Shown here one piece after another: positions 15,937 to 25,147 of a stretch of 32,944 nucleotides of DNA (position 1 is the stretch's first letter; every line of letters starts with the position of its first letter). The translations under genes and the position numbers were made by a program. Under the pieces are notes generated by a model. That model searched no databases. It saw nothing but the letters and a program-made list of their open reading frames with translations, and had not been told where the DNA came from. The stretch comes from a virus (Duplodnaviria; Caudoviricetes), in the IMG/VR virus record IMGVR_UViG_3300046779_000460, positions 1-32,944 of that record, one strand, 5' to 3'.

Positions 15937-16256
15937 ACAATGATTTAATTGAAAAAGCAAAGCGCTATGCACAGACTGACGATTACCATGTCACTCGTAA
16001 AATCATTACTGATTTATGCACCGAGATTGACCGATTGAAGGAACTAAACAAGAATGTGTTTAGTCGCATTCAGGACAATCAGGAAGTATTTAAGAATGCA
16101 GAGCGATACAACTGGCTACGCAGTGCATCATGGGATGTCAATCCTGAGATTGCAGCGCCATCAGTAATCCTATGCAACGGCGATATGACCAAGTGGCAAT
16201 GGATGCTCGGTCAAGAGATTGATGAAGCGATTGATAAGTATTTAGACAAGGAGTAA
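15933..16256 (+). CDS. Hypothetical protein
   Basis: 107 aa, ATGA overlap, AAGGA RBS, AERYNWLR motif common in phage proteins. Confidence 0.8.
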   Translation: MNNDLIEKAKRYAQTDDYHVTRKIITDLCTEIDRLKELNKNVFSRIQDNQEVFKNAERYNWLRSASWDVNPEIAAPSVILCNGDMTKWQWMLGQEIDEAIDKYLDKE

Positions 16257-16258
16257 GC

Positions 16259-16525
16259 ATGACTACGAAGACTGTTAAACTAGATAGCTTTATTTGGATT
16301 GCCGAGAATGGTAGCCTAGAATATGGGTTTTACATCGGTGATGGCGATGACCCCATTACATTCAAAAGCACACTCAAGGAAATAGTGCGTCAAACATTGG
16401 ATATGTATTTTGTTCGTGGTGTTATTTGTCCTGACCATCGTGGTGATGTGGAACAACTGATTAAGAGTTTGAAAGCTGCTGTAACATTGGCAGAGAACGA
16501 ACTGGAGCGCATGGGCGATGAATAA
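16259..16525 (+). CDS. Hypothetical protein
   Basis: 88 aa, AAGGAG RBS. Confidence 0.8.
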   Translation: MTTKTVKLDSFIWIAENGSLEYGFYIGDGDDPITFKSTLKEIVRQTLDMYFVRGVICPDHRGDVEQLIKSLKAAVTLAENELERMGDE

Positions 16526-16724
16526 ACTAGTCAATATTAATGGTCGTTTAATCAATCCCGATTCAGTTACTTACATTATTGATAGGGAGATTGTGTTTAA
16601 CAACGGGCATCGTTGGGTTGCTACTGAACCTGAGATACAGGAACTATTGGCAGTGATGTTTGAGACACCGAGACCAGTATCAACTACGCCAGTCGTTGCC
16701 AAGAAAGCAGTTAAGAAGAAATGA
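16518..16724 (+). CDS. Hypothetical protein with basic tail
   Basis: 68 aa, overlapping start, GGAG upstream. Confidence 0.7.
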   Translation: MNKLVNINGRLINPDSVTYIIDREIVFNNGHRWVATEPEIQELLAVMFETPRPVSTTPVVAKKAVKKK

Positions 16725-16870
16725 CTCTAGAACACTACATTGTCGGAGCCACTGGCATTGGCTATTTAGTTGTAGGTGTCTTGCAACTTAGCAAAGGCAG
16801 TATGTCTAACGCATTGATTTGGATAGGCTATGCTGCAGCGCAGATTGGACTCTGGATTAATCTTAAATGA
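16721..16870 (+). CDS. 49 aa two-helix membrane protein (not in track)
   Basis: MTLEHYIVGATGIGYLVVGVLQLSKGSMSNALIWIGYAAAQIGLWINLK; ATGA overlaps at both ends. Confidence 0.7.
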   Translation: MTLEHYIVGATGIGYLVVGVLQLSKGSMSNALIWIGYAAAQIGLWINLK

Positions 16871-17241
16871 AACTGAATAACGATAATCGCTTTGATATTG
16901 ATTTGGAATATGGACAAATCTTTGAACAAAAGATTGCTGATATATTTCAGAGCAGTAAGATTGAAGTTAAAACTGAGCGAGATAAATGGAATTCTACCGG
17001 TAACATTGTGATTGAATTTGAGAGTCGTGGACATCCTAGTGGGATTGCTGTAACACAATCAGATTTCTGGTTTCATAATCTAGCATTGAATGGCGAACTA
17101 ATTATGACACTCGTGTTTCCTGTGGCGGTGCTAAAACGATATATCAAACAGAACAAACCAAGAGTGGTGCGTGGTGGTGATGATAATACTTCTAAATTAT
17201 ACTTGATTAATCTTGCAGACTTGTTTACAATAATAGAATGA
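16867..17241 (+). CDS. Putative PD-(D/E)xK nuclease-fold protein
   Basis: IEVKTE and TGNIVIEF motifs; immediately upstream of DNA polymerase. Confidence 0.6.
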   Translation: MKLNNDNRFDIDLEYGQIFEQKIADIFQSSKIEVKTERDKWNSTGNIVIEFESRGHPSGIAVTQSDFWFHNLALNGELIMTLVFPVAVLKRYIKQNKPRVVRGGDDNTSKLYLINLADLFTIIE

Positions 17242-18965
17242 GAATCGTTCTTGATATTGAAACCAACGCAGCACACGATAAGATTTGGTGTGTCGTTACT
17301 CGTAACATTGACAATGCGGAGGTGAAAGTATGGAAACATCCAGAAGGACTACAAAAGTATTTGGACTCTTGCACTTTGATTATAATGCACAACGGCATAA
17401 ACTTCGACGGTCCTGTTCTCAAGAAGAATTGGAAGATTACTATGAAGAAGACGCAAGTGTGCGATACGCTCGTAATAAGTCGTTTGTTTTCGCCAAGCAT
17501 CGAGTCTGGGCACTCACTACAAGCATGGGGTGAGCGTTTAGGATATTACAAAGCACCTTATAAAAAGATATGGTCTTGGATGACTAATAAGGCTTTAATT
17601 GTTGAAGATATTAAAGGTAAGAAAGTTGACCAAAGCAATTTAGCTTTTGACGAGCCTGTAATGTCAGCACTAGTGTGGTATTGCATACAGGACACACTAG
17701 TAACTCAAAAACTGTATGAACATTTAACCAAGGAGATGTCACATGACTATTCACAAGAAAGTATCAAACTCGAACACGAAGTCGCATTCATCATCGCAGA
17801 GCAAGAGCGAAATGGATTCCGATTCAATGAAGCTAAAGCTCTACAATTATTATCTGTTCTTAAAACTAAGCTGGACGCTATTTGCGTTGAAATGCAGAGC
17901 ATCTTTCCTGCCAAAGTCACATCTGGTCGCACCCATCAAACACATGGTAGACCCCTTCCCGACATCGTGGAAAACTTCAATCCCGGAAGCCGCAAGCAAA
18001 TCGCCGAAAGGCTCATCGAGAAGGGTTGGAAGCCGAGCAAGCTCACAGAAAAAGGCAGCATCATTGTCGACGAAACAACGCTCGAAGGCATCGACATCCC
18101 AGAAGCGAAAGCCATCGCTGAATACTTGATGTTACAAAAGCGGATAGCACAGGTTGAGAGTTGGATTGATGCTATTCAAATCGATGGTCGTGTGCATGGA
18201 CAGGTTATTACTAACGGCGCAGTTACTGGTCGTATGACCCACCACAGTCCTAACATGGCACAGGTTCCCAATAGTGGTAGTCCTTATGGACCAGACTGCA
18301 GAGAACTTTGGACAGTTAATAAAGGATATAAATTAGTTGGCATTGATGCAAGCGGTTTAGAGTTGCGAATGTTGGCTCATTATATGAAAGACGATGCGTA
18401 TACTACTGAAGTTGTATCAGGCGACATACACACAGCGAACCAAAAAGCAGCAGGGCTTGAGACAAGGAATCAAGCTAAGACTTTTATCTATGCATTCCTC
18501 TATGGTGCGGGAGCTGCCAAGATTGGGTCAATTGTTGGAGGTTCATCGAAAGAAGGACAAGCACTCATTACTCGTTTTCTACGCAACACGCCGGGGCTTA
18601 GAGCATTGCGGGAAAAAGTATCTCGTCTCTACTTTCAGAAAGCGTGGCTACCGGGTCTGGACGGACGCAAGTTACTCGTTCGCTCGGAGCATTCAGCGCT
18701 CAACACGCTATTGCAAGGCGCAGGTGCGATAGCAATGAAACAGGCACTGGTGATATTCAACAAGCGTTTACGCCAGTCAAAGATTGATTATAAGTTTGTA
18801 GCCAATGTCCATGATGAATGGCAGGTTGAAGTGGAAGAGAATCGTGCAGACGAAGTCGGTAAACTAGGTGTACAATCAATTACCGATGCTGGTGTAGTAT
18901 TAAAGATGCGCTGTCCGTTAAGCGGCGAATATCGTGTAGGTAACAACTGGAAAGAGACCCATTAA
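17238..18965 (+). CDS. Family A DNA polymerase with 3'-5' exonuclease (T7 gp5-like)
   Basis: Exo motifs LDIET, HNGINFD and YCIQD; motif A DASGLELR, motif B RNQAKTFIYAFLYG (Tyr at the Pol I 762-equivalent position), motif C VHDE. Confidence 0.97.
   Translation: MRIVLDIETNAAHDKIWCVVTRNIDNAEVKVWKHPEGLQKYLDSCTLIIMHNGINFDGPVLKKNWKITMKKTQVCDTLVISRLFSPSIESGHSLQAWGERLGYYKAPYKKIWSWMTNKALIVEDIKGKKVDQSNLAFDEPVMSALVWYCIQDTLVTQKLYEHLTKEMSHDYSQESIKLEHEVAFIIAEQERNGFRFNEAKALQLLSVLKTKLDAICVEMQSIFPAKVTSGRTHQTHGRPLPDIVENFNPGSRKQIAERLIEKGWKPSKLTEKGSIIVDETTLEGIDIPEAKAIAEYLMLQKRIAQVESWIDAIQIDGRVHGQVITNGAVTGRMTHHSPNMAQVPNSGSPYGPDCRELWTVNKGYKLVGIDASGLELRMLAHYMKDDAYTTEVVSGDIHTANQKAAGLETRNQAKTFIYAFLYGAGAAKIGSIVGGSSKEGQALITRFLRNTPGLRALREKVSRLYFQKAWLPGLDGRKLLVRSEHSALNTLLQGAGAIAMKQALVIFNKRLRQSKIDYKFVANVHDEWQVEVEENRADEVGKLGVQSITDAGVVLKMRCPLSGEYRVGNNWKETH
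17743..18129 (+). CDS. Probable overprinted +1-frame protein inside DNA polymerase
   Basis: AAGGAG RBS 7 nt before the ATG; local switch in polymerase codon usage matches the ORF boundaries. Confidence 0.55.
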   Translation: MTIHKKVSNSNTKSHSSSQSKSEMDSDSMKLKLYNYYLFLKLSWTLFALKCRASFLPKSHLVAPIKHMVDPFPTSWKTSIPEAASKSPKGSSRRVGSRASSQKKAASLSTKQRSKASTSQKRKPSLNT

Positions 18966-19150
18966 TGGATAAAAACAAAGAAGACATATTAGGGATGACT
19001 GTTGTTACTGCTTACAAGAACGGTACTTACAGTTTAGAATCCTCTTTTGACCTTGAAGAAACCTACGAATTATTAAAGGATGCTTTACTTGATATTGAGG
19101 ATGGTACACTAGAGGCTAGTCTTGATTACTCAACACAGACATTGCAGTAA
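18965..19150 (+). CDS. Small acidic hypothetical protein
   Basis: 61 aa, TAATG coupling to the polymerase gene. Confidence 0.7.
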   Translation: MDKNKEDILGMTVVTAYKNGTYSLESSFDLEETYELLKDALLDIEDGTLEASLDYSTQTLQ

Positions 19151-19239
19151 CTATTTCATATTGTGGAATAGAGTAGTTAGAAGTTGTTGTATAATAGCAA
19201 TTGCAGTATTTCTAAACCGTTGTAGATAAGGAGAGTATT

Positions 19240-19656
19240 ATGGAAATGAAACCAGTAAAAATACAAGCTGAAGTTCAATGGGCTTCTTTTGATAAAGTCA
19301 ATGAGATGAGTGGCAAGTTCCAATGTGACTTAGCCAATCTTTCGGACAATGCTGTACAGGCGTTGGAGTCTATTGGTCTTACACCACGCAAGCGTGAGGA
19401 CAAACCTGAGAAGGGTTGGTTCTTGACTGTGAAGTCAAACTACGCTATCCAGCCATACGACAAAGACGGCAATGAAATCAAAGATATTGTCGGTAATGGT
19501 TCTAAAGCAGTTGCACTCATCAAGCCTTACGAGTGGAAGTGGAAGAACAAGAATGGTGTCTCGGCTTCATTAGCAAAGATTGTTATTACTGATTTAGTTA
19601 AGTACAGCGCCGAGGGCGTTGATGCTGACGAAAACATGGATGACGACATCCTGTGA
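19240..19656 (+). CDS. Single-stranded DNA-binding protein (T7 gp2.5-like)
   Basis: VGNGS motif, acidic C-terminal tail DADENMDDDIL, AAGGAG RBS, position in the replication module. Confidence 0.8.
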   Translation: MEMKPVKIQAEVQWASFDKVNEMSGKFQCDLANLSDNAVQALESIGLTPRKREDKPEKGWFLTVKSNYAIQPYDKDGNEIKDIVGNGSKAVALIKPYEWKWKNKNGVSASLAKIVITDLVKYSAEGVDADENMDDDIL

Positions 19657-20333
19657 TAACAGCGCTGATTGACGCTGATTCGTTAATCTATGCAGTAGGC
19701 TTCTCTAGCAACGATGTAGAGGAGTCTATTGCAGTTTCACGACTTGAGCAGACAATGGTTGAGTTGTGCATGAATTTAGACTGTGAAGACTATAAAGGAT
19801 TCCTGACTGGTAAAGGCAACTTTCGAGATGAATTAGCCGTTACTGCGCCCTACAAAGGACAACGCATATCAGAGAAACCTGTTCATTTTCAAGCACTTAG
19901 ATGTCATTTAGTCACATCATGGGGCTTTACTGTCGTTAAAGGAATTGAAGCCGACGATGCCGTTGGCATTGCTGCGTATGCACTACCTGAAGACGAAACC
20001 ATCATGGTGCATATTGATAAGGATTTAAACCAGTTTAGAGGCTGGCATTACAACTATCGTAAACAACAGAAGTATTATGTCTCAGAGTTTGAAGGCTTGG
20101 TAGCTTTCTACACACAGATACTGACTGGCGATAGGATTGATAACATCATTGGATTAAAAGGCATTGGTCCTGTTAAGGCAAAGAAGATACTAGCGGAATG
20201 CACCAATGAAACAGAATTGTATAAAGCCGTTCTAAAGGCGTATGACGGCGATGAAAAGCGTGTATTAGAAAATGGACAACTACTGTGGTTACAACGAAAG
20301 GAACACGAACTGTGGCAACTCCCCCAGATATAA
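19653..20333 (+). CDS. 5'-3' exonuclease (T7 gp6-like)
   Basis: IDADS, EADD, DKDL and helix-3-turn-helix GDRIDNIIGLKGIG motifs. Confidence 0.92.
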   Translation: MITALIDADSLIYAVGFSSNDVEESIAVSRLEQTMVELCMNLDCEDYKGFLTGKGNFRDELAVTAPYKGQRISEKPVHFQALRCHLVTSWGFTVVKGIEADDAVGIAAYALPEDETIMVHIDKDLNQFRGWHYNYRKQQKYYVSEFEGLVAFYTQILTGDRIDNIIGLKGIGPVKAKKILAECTNETELYKAVLKAYDGDEKRVLENGQLLWLQRKEHELWQLPQI

Positions 20334-20713
20334 TTCAAATCTCATGGATTGATGCCGTCGCTGATTCAGGATGGGAAGAGAAAGTAAAAGCAGAGATTCA
20401 CCAGTGCATTACTGTTGGGTTTCTAGTCCATGAAACCGATGAAGCCATCTGCATTGCATCAACTTGGTCGGACACCGAAACCAACGCCCGGATGCACATT
20501 CCCAAAGCATGGATTAAAGATAGAAAGGTATTGAATGAAGCCACAGTCAGCGAAAGCAAAGGGACGAAACCTGCAAAAGTGGGTAGTAAGCGAGTTGCTA
20601 AAAAGGTATCCGCAACTAAGCGAACTCGACTTACGCAGTTGTCCGATGGGCAGCCATGGGGAAGATATAGTAATGTCTCAGTTGGCGAAGGACGAAATAC
20701 CAGCCTCAATTGA
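20312..20713 (+). CDS. Hypothetical protein
   Basis: Likely GTG start after AAGGA; ISWIDA...TVGFL...IPK pattern seen in small phage proteins; overlaps both neighbours. Confidence 0.65.
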   Translation: MATPPDIIQISWIDAVADSGWEEKVKAEIHQCITVGFLVHETDEAICIASTWSDTETNARMHIPKAWIKDRKVLNEATVSESKGTKPAKVGSKRVAKKVSATKRTRLTQLSDGQPWGRYSNVSVGEGRNTSLN

Positions 20714-20870
20714 ATGTAAATCATTAGCCAAGGTTGCAGTGTACAAGTATTATGAACAGGCAAAATCGCATGGCAATTATGAACCAATTGTAATTGTCAA
20801 GCAGAACGGCAGTAAACCTTTAGCAGTAATCGATGCAGAAGTATTATTTAATTTAATGGCAAGACCTTAG
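20535..20870 (+). CDS. Holliday junction resolvase-like PD-(D/E)xK endonuclease
   Basis: SAKAKGR, GED, IECK and YYEQA motifs; AAGG RBS. Confidence 0.8.
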   Translation: MKPQSAKAKGRNLQKWVVSELLKRYPQLSELDLRSCPMGSHGEDIVMSQLAKDEIPASIECKSLAKVAVYKYYEQAKSHGNYEPIVIVKQNGSKPLAVIDAEVLFNLMARP

Positions 20871-20879
20871 AAAGGAAAT

Positions 20880-21173
20880 ATGATGGACGACAATACTTAT
20901 CGTTTTAGTTTTGAGTCAGGATATGACAACAGAGACGATGGCTACGGCTATCCTAAACAGCGCACAGTTGAGGTTAGTGTGTCTCATGACGAGACGGCAG
21001 AGTGGACTTCGGTCATGCTTGACTTTGCAGACTTCCTTAGCAGCATTTATGGCTATGATGTTAAGAACAAACTAAGGTTTGTAGATTATGGTGGTGGTTC
21101 AGTACGAGCGCAAGAATATAGCATTGACCCACCACAGTCAGAGTTTAAGTTTGATGACGAGGAATGGTCTTGA
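20880..21173 (+). CDS. Hypothetical protein
   Basis: 97 aa acidic ORF, AAGGA RBS. Confidence 0.75.
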   Translation: MMDDNTYRFSFESGYDNRDDGYGYPKQRTVEVSVSHDETAEWTSVMLDFADFLSSIYGYDVKNKLRFVDYGGGSVRAQEYSIDPPQSEFKFDDEEWS

Positions 21174-21907
21174 AAATCCTACTGCTTGATATTGAGTCAA
21201 GTCCGAACACAGCTCATGTGTGGGGTCTTTGGCAACAGAATGTCAGCATCAATCAGTTGATGGAGTCTTCTTATGTCCTATGCTACGCAGCCAAGTGGTT
21301 AGGACAAAAAGAAATACTGTTTGATTCTGTACACCAATCACGACCCAAGACAATGCTGAAAGGAATTCATGGGCTTCTCAACGATGCAGATGCTGTGGTT
21401 CATTACAATGGTACTAAGTTTGATATTCCTACTCTTAACAAGGAATTCTTACTACATCGTTTTAATCCACCATCGCCTTATAAACAAATTGACCTATTGC
21501 GTGTTGTTCGTAGCAACTTTAGGTTTCCTAGTAACAAGTTGGACTATGTAGCACAGCGTTTAGGACTCGGTAAGAAACACGAACACGAAGGACATGAGTT
21601 GTGGGTCAAGTGCATGAACGGAGATAAAGATGCTTGGAAGCGTATGGAAAAGTACAATATACAAGATGTCGTTTTACTTGAGTCGTTGTACAGCACTCTT
21701 CTTCCTTGGGTTAAGTCTCATCCTAATCACAATCTCTTCTTGGATGGACATCATTGCCCTAACTGTGCTTCGGAGAATCTGCAAAGACGAGGCACTGCTA
21801 TATCTACTACAGGAGCGTATCAACGCTATCAATGCCGGGATTGCGGAACTTGGTCGCAAGGAACGAAGTCAATTAAAAAGTCAGCAGAGGTAAAGTATCA
21901 TGGATAA
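21164..21907 (+). CDS. DnaQ/RNase H-fold 3'-5' exonuclease with C-terminal zinc ribbon
   Basis: LDIE, HYNGTKFD and YNIQDV exo motifs; CPNC...CRDC. Confidence 0.85.
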   Translation: MVLKILLLDIESSPNTAHVWGLWQQNVSINQLMESSYVLCYAAKWLGQKEILFDSVHQSRPKTMLKGIHGLLNDADAVVHYNGTKFDIPTLNKEFLLHRFNPPSPYKQIDLLRVVRSNFRFPSNKLDYVAQRLGLGKKHEHEGHELWVKCMNGDKDAWKRMEKYNIQDVVLLESLYSTLLPWVKSHPNHNLFLDGHHCPNCASENLQRRGTAISTTGAYQRYQCRDCGTWSQGTKSIKKSAEVKYHG

Positions 21908-22181
21908 TAACCCAATAGCAATGCCAGCTCATTACGGATATGAAGCAGGTATGGAAGACTCTGGTGATGTGCTTGCTAGACAGGTCGGTGGCGACCACTA
22001 CAAACGAGCGCATCAGCCTTGGGAAATCATTGAAGAATGGGGACTTGACTACTGGGCAGGAAATGTGGTAAAATATGTCCTTCGCTATAAATTTAAGAAT
22101 GGAGTTGAAGACCTAGAAAAAGCCCGACACTACTTAGACTACCTTATTCAGAAAGAGAAAGATGCCATTACTGCTGCATGA
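21900..22181 (+). CDS. DUF3310-family protein (T7 gp1.7-like nucleotide kinase family)
   Basis: QVGGDHY, GNVVKYVLR and KNGVEDLEKARHYL motifs. Confidence 0.85.
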   Translation: MDNNPIAMPAHYGYEAGMEDSGDVLARQVGGDHYKRAHQPWEIIEEWGLDYWAGNVVKYVLRYKFKNGVEDLEKARHYLDYLIQKEKDAITAA

Positions 22182-22317
22182 AATTAAAGAGCGTCTTAAA
22201 GAAGTGGACGAAATCACACTACTAGAGTTGTTAGACATCAGTAGTGAAGAAATCGTCCAAATGTTTTCTGATAGAATTGAAGAATACGCCGATAAACTAG
22301 AACAGGAAGTTAAATAA
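22162..22317 (+). CDS. Small acidic protein (51 aa, not in track)
   Basis: MPLLLHEIKERLKEVDEITLLELLDISSEEIVQMFSDRIEE...; fills the gap before the RNR gene. Confidence 0.7.
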   Translation: MPLLLHEIKERLKEVDEITLLELLDISSEEIVQMFSDRIEEYADKLEQEVK

Positions 22318-22319
22318 TA

Positions 22320-24227
22320 ATGACAGAATATAAGATGAGTCCCTACAATACCTTTATTGCTAAATCACGATACAGTCGCTATCTTGACGATAAAGGTCGC
22401 AGAGAACACTGGAGTGAAACAGTAGCACGATACTTTGACTTTATGACAGAGCATCTCAAGACCAAACAGAACTACACACTATCGCCTGAGTTACGCAAAG
22501 AATTAGAAACTGCTGTTGTTAATCTTGAAGTAGTGCCGTCTATGAGAGCTGTGATGACAGCAGGACCAGCACTAGAGCGTCAGAATGTCGCAGCATTTAA
22601 CTGTTCATATTTACCAATCGATGACCCCAAAGCCTTTGACGAAGCAATGTACATTCTTCTCTGTGGCACTGGTGTCGGCTTTTCTGTGGAGCAGCAATAT
22701 GTTTCTAAACTACCTGAAGTCCCAGAGCAGTTGTTTGCTAGTCAGACTACTATTGTGGTGTCGGATTCTAAAGAAGGATGGGCTAAATCACTTAGACAGC
22801 TCATTGCTTTACTGTATTCTGGTGAAGTTCCAAGGTACGACTTATCCAAAGTTAGACCTGCCGGAGCTAGACTCAAAGTATTCGGAGGTCGTGCTTCTGG
22901 ACCCGGACCTTTGGAAGAGCTTTTTAAGTTCACTATTGCCAAGTTTAGAGGGGCAGTTGGTCGTCGTTTGTCGTCCATTGAGTGTCATGATATTCTGTGC
23001 AAAATCGGGGAAGTTGTTGTTGTGGGTGGAGTCAGACGGAGTGCAATGATTTCCTTGTCTGATTTGTCAGACGACAAGATGGCACACGCTAAAGCAGGTA
23101 ACTGGTGGGACGGTCAAGGACAACGAGCCTTAGCCAATAACTCTGCTACCTATGCTGAAACACCTAGTATCGGTCAGTTTATGCGTGAATGGTCAAGTAT
23201 CTATGAATCACACTCTGGAGAGCGAGGTATATTTAATCGTGAAGCATCTCAGAAACAGGCAGCAAAGAATGGTCGCAGAGACGAAACCTATGCTTTTGGC
23301 ACTAACCCTTGTAGCGAAATCATTCTTCGTCCTTATCAGTTTTGTAATCTTTCCAGTTGTATTGTGCGTAGCTACGATACTGTATCTACCTTGGAGAATA
23401 AAGTCCGCTTGGCAACGATTTTGGGAACCTTCCAAGCATCGCTAACAGAGTTTCCTTACCTGCGTAAGATTTGGGAAAAGAACACCAAAGAAGAGGCGCT
23501 ATTGGGTGTGTCTATGACCGGTATCTGTGACAATGAACTACTGAATAATCCTGATGATGAAGACTTACCTGCTCGATTGGAGAGACTAAGAGATGTTGCT
23601 ATCACTACTAACATTGAATTTGCTGCAACTATTGGTATTAATCAGTCTGTGGCGGTTACTGCTATCAAACCAGAGGGAACAGTTTCTCAGCTTTGCAGTA
23701 CTGCTTCTGGGATTCATCCTCAACATAGCAAGTATTACATACGCCGTGTTCGGGCTGATAACAAAGACCCATTAACACAGTTTATGCTCTCCTCTGGCTT
23801 TGTCGGTGAGCCTTGCTATCTAAAACCAGACTCTACTACTGTCTTTAGCTTTCCTGTAAAGGTAGACGATGGTGGACTATTGCGTGAAGACTTAACTGCG
23901 ATTCAGCACTTACGGCTTTGGTTATTGTTCCAACGGCATTACTGTGAACATAAACCATCTGTTACCATCTCAGTGCGTGAAGATGAGTGGATGGATGTTG
24001 GGGCGTGGGTGTATCGCCACTTCGATGAAGTAACTGGAGTGTCTTTCCTACCAATGGATGGTGGCACTTATAAACAAGCGCCTTACGAGGAATGTGATGA
24101 GGAGACTTATAACAAGTTAAAAGCCTTGGTTCCCAATGCCGTAGACTGGGAGAACTTCAAAGAGTATGACGATAATGTGGAAGGCGCTCAGACTTTGAGC
24201 TGTACTGCAGGCGGATGTGAGATTTAA
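22320..24227 (+). CDS. nrdJ: Class II (adenosylcobalamin-dependent) ribonucleotide reductase, monomeric RTPR type
   Basis: FNCSY, TNPCSEI, FCNLS, IKPEGTVSQL and C-terminal CTAGGCEI; no beta-subunit gene adjacent. Confidence 0.93.
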   Translation: MTEYKMSPYNTFIAKSRYSRYLDDKGRREHWSETVARYFDFMTEHLKTKQNYTLSPELRKELETAVVNLEVVPSMRAVMTAGPALERQNVAAFNCSYLPIDDPKAFDEAMYILLCGTGVGFSVEQQYVSKLPEVPEQLFASQTTIVVSDSKEGWAKSLRQLIALLYSGEVPRYDLSKVRPAGARLKVFGGRASGPGPLEELFKFTIAKFRGAVGRRLSSIECHDILCKIGEVVVVGGVRRSAMISLSDLSDDKMAHAKAGNWWDGQGQRALANNSATYAETPSIGQFMREWSSIYESHSGERGIFNREASQKQAAKNGRRDETYAFGTNPCSEIILRPYQFCNLSSCIVRSYDTVSTLENKVRLATILGTFQASLTEFPYLRKIWEKNTKEEALLGVSMTGICDNELLNNPDDEDLPARLERLRDVAITTNIEFAATIGINQSVAVTAIKPEGTVSQLCSTASGIHPQHSKYYIRRVRADNKDPLTQFMLSSGFVGEPCYLKPDSTTVFSFPVKVDDGGLLREDLTAIQHLRLWLLFQRHYCEHKPSVTISVREDEWMDVGAWVYRHFDEVTGVSFLPMDGGTYKQAPYEECDEETYNKLKALVPNAVDWENFKEYDDNVEGAQTLSCTAGGCEI

Positions 24228-24247
24228 CCCCTAGGTAGTATCTTTAT

Positions 24248-24273
24248 AGCCCCGCTTCGGCGGGGTTCTTTTT
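24248..24273 (+). terminator. Intrinsic terminator between convergent genome arms
   Basis: AGCCCCGC-TTCG-GCGGGGTT followed by CTTTTT. Confidence 0.9.
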
Positions 24274-24315
24274 GTTATAAAGTATCAATAAATACCGACA
24301 AAAGGTTACACTTCA

Positions 24316-24750
24316 CTAAGCAAACGGACGAGTGCCATTCTTGTCAATAATTAGGGCTTGTCTACGAGGCTTATCAGCAATAGCGTTAGGAACGCTTATA
24401 TGAGTCCAAGAGCCGAATTCTTCAATGATTTGGTCAAAGGGTATGTCCGATGCCAAACACGCCTCTACGACCTGTTTAGGGGTCATTCCGGGGACTCTTA
24501 AATCAGCAGCACAACCTATCCTATGTTGGCTAGTATCCTTGCTACCGACGGAGTCATTGACTGGTTTAGACCTAAAGCCTGAGTTAATCATAATAGGCTT
24601 GTTTAGGAGACTTCTAACTTGCTCTAGCAAGGCTGCCAATCGGGTTAGATTAGCAATCTCGGTAGCGTTAGGAGTATTATCTAGGTTCTTTCGCTCTGCT
24701 ACTTCAGAGTGGGTTAGTTCTTCTAAGGTGAAATTAGGGCTTAGGTTCAT
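24316..24750 (-). CDS. Endolysin, peptidase M15 family
   Basis: INSGFRS, SQH..G.AAD and WTHIS zinc-peptidase motifs; next to the holin. Confidence 0.88.
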   Translation of the reverse strand: MNLSPNFTLEELTHSEVAERKNLDNTPNATEIANLTRLAALLEQVRSLLNKPIMINSGFRSKPVNDSVGSKDTSQHRIGCAADLRVPGMTPKQVVEACLASDIPFDQIIEEFGSWTHISVPNAIADKPRRQALIIDKNGTRPFA

Positions 24751-25147
24751 CTTTGCCTTTCTTCATATCCATTATCTTCTCTAGCGTACGCCCACCGAAA
24801 TAGAAGGACATAATCAACATTCCCCATTGACCTAGGAGTTCAACATAGTTGTTGTTGACTTCTATATCCCACGCTGACATCGTAGCGAATGCTGAGTAGA
24901 CAAACAGAATAAATACTAAAGTCATGGGTCTTATGTTTTTAGACAACCAAGAGTCCGAAGCCATGTCTGCTTCATGTCGCTTAGTGAGTTCCTGTGCCTC
25001 AATGTTATCAGCCTGTAACTCAGCTAGTTTGCCTTCTTGTTGCATCTGCAGTAACTCTTTCTGAGCCTTAGCCTTTGCTTCAGGGTCAGGAATGAACTTA
25101 TCCAAGACCTTCATACCTACATCGAACAGCGCCATTAATGGTAACAT
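24734..25147 (-). CDS. Holin (GTA holin 3TM-like)
   Basis: DKFIPDP, SWLSKNIRP, two hydrophobic helices and FYFGGRTLEK. Confidence 0.8.
   Translation of the reverse strand: MLPLMALFDVGMKVLDKFIPDPEAKAKAQKELLQMQQEGKLAELQADNIEAQELTKRHEADMASDSWLSKNIRPMTLVFILFVYSAFATMSAWDIEVNNNYVELLGQWGMLIMSFYFGGRTLEKIMDMKKGKDEPKP

Noticed and set aside
22585-23775. +1-frame ORFs inside the RNR gene, including one of 154 aa
   Set aside because: Composition is explained by normal codon bias and there is no clear RBS.
22320-24227. Intein or group I intron in RNR, polymerase or terminase
   Set aside because: All are uninterrupted and of ordinary length, with no splicing motifs.
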